From NCBI GenBank assembly GCA_013115145.1, contig JAAPAO010000146.1, positions 1-62,667 on the forward strand: 62,667 nucleotides of DNA. Reading direction: 5' to 3'. Position 1 is the first letter of the stretch; each line of letters begins with the position of its first letter. Source of the DNA: Perkinsus chesapeaki ATCC PRA-425 (lineage: Eukaryota; Protista; Perkinsozoa). Of the stretch, positions 62,017 to 62,667 are shown in pieces. The position numbers and the translations under genes are program-made. The notes beneath the pieces were generated by a model. It made no database searches, had not been told where the DNA came from, and was given only the letters and a program-made list of their open reading frames with translations.

Positions 62017-62594
62017 ATGAGTAAAACGCGGGTTTTGTCAACTACCGAATTCCCTCGGGAATGTTTCTCTTCAGTTTTATTATCAGCGGCCTCGGCAATG
62101 TCGAGTGCCGAGCGTCGAGTTACTTTCCTCATCAACGGCAACCCTCTGGTATCATCTGCCACATTATCCTTTACTTCCTCTCTCCCTCAAGAACCAACCA
62201 CATCCGCTCAACCGCAAGTCTCAGAGAGACTCGAGGAGATGCGACGTCGCCGTCGAACTCGAAAAAAAGAGCCGTTGTGTTGGCGCACTATGCCACCGAT
62301 TAGTGGGTATAGAAGAGCCATCATAGATTGCCTTAATGGAATAGTCTTCCTACTCTCTATTATCATGTTTTATGCGGCCATGAGTAATACACTTCCACAC
62401 CGGCAATCGGTTGATTGGTGCCTTTTCAGGTAGCCTGGCCCATATGGATATTGAAGATCTCAAAATTGATCCTTTTATGTATCTTGCTGTACTCGCTTCT
62501 CTAGTATCACTTTTTATATCTATCCTTGGCTGCCAAACTCCAAGGCTTCGTAGGCCAGCGAGGCTAACATCCTATCTCATCGTCATGGTCAGTG
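62017..62594 (+). CDS. Hypothetical membrane protein, probably incomplete at window end
   Basis: Hydrophobic IVFLLSIIMFYAAM and FMYLAVLASLVSLFISILG. Confidence 0.35.

Positions 62595-62667
<73 letters not shown>
62595..62667 (+). repeat. (CTA)n microsatellite, about 24 units, running off the window end
   Basis: Uninterrupted ctactactac... to the last base. Confidence 0.95.

Noticed and set aside
62595-62667. (CTA)n as a telomere or coding poly-Thr/Leu/Tyr tract
   Set aside because: Not a known telomeric unit; most simply a microsatellite at a contig or window break
1-62667. Mobile elements or viral insertions
   Set aside because: No RT, integrase, transposase, capsid, LTR or TIR/TSD structure was recognised

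Overview
Compact, intron-rich eukaryotic nuclear DNA. GC is roughly 50%, most introns are 45-60 nt GT-AG, and genes are often only 100-200 nt apart. Gene content and architecture are alveolate-like and best fit a Perkinsus-type parasite; this is inference, not a database result. The window holds about 36 spliced protein genes, five tRNA genes (three identical Ala-AGC, one Ile-AAT, one Ala-TGC) and a terminal (CTA)n microsatellite. I saw no transposon, CRISPR array or rRNA. Recognisable genes: two HSD17B10-type SDRs, a ubiquitin-like-eS31 fusion, SMP-30 family protein, uL23m, a SET protein, two S10 serine carboxypeptidases, dynein light chain, Atg11/17-like, ZPR1-like, NOP53, H+-PPase, WDR33, a Trx-TPR protein, RING-H2 E3, RPS13, 2-Cys peroxiredoxin, a Cfr-like radical SAM enzyme, SPEF2-like, TM9SF, TRM112, a UbiA prenyltransferase and UBE3D-like. 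The most interesting items emerge only after manual splicing. (1) A cytidine deaminase fused in frame to a RanBP2 zinc finger and a winged-helix-like tail, a candidate nucleic-acid editing enzyme. (2) An intron-containing Cfr-like (not RlmN-like) RNA methyltransferase with no targeting peptide. (3) An E3 ligase with three Cdc48/p97 N2-like repeats. Gene ends marked approximate were spliced by eye.
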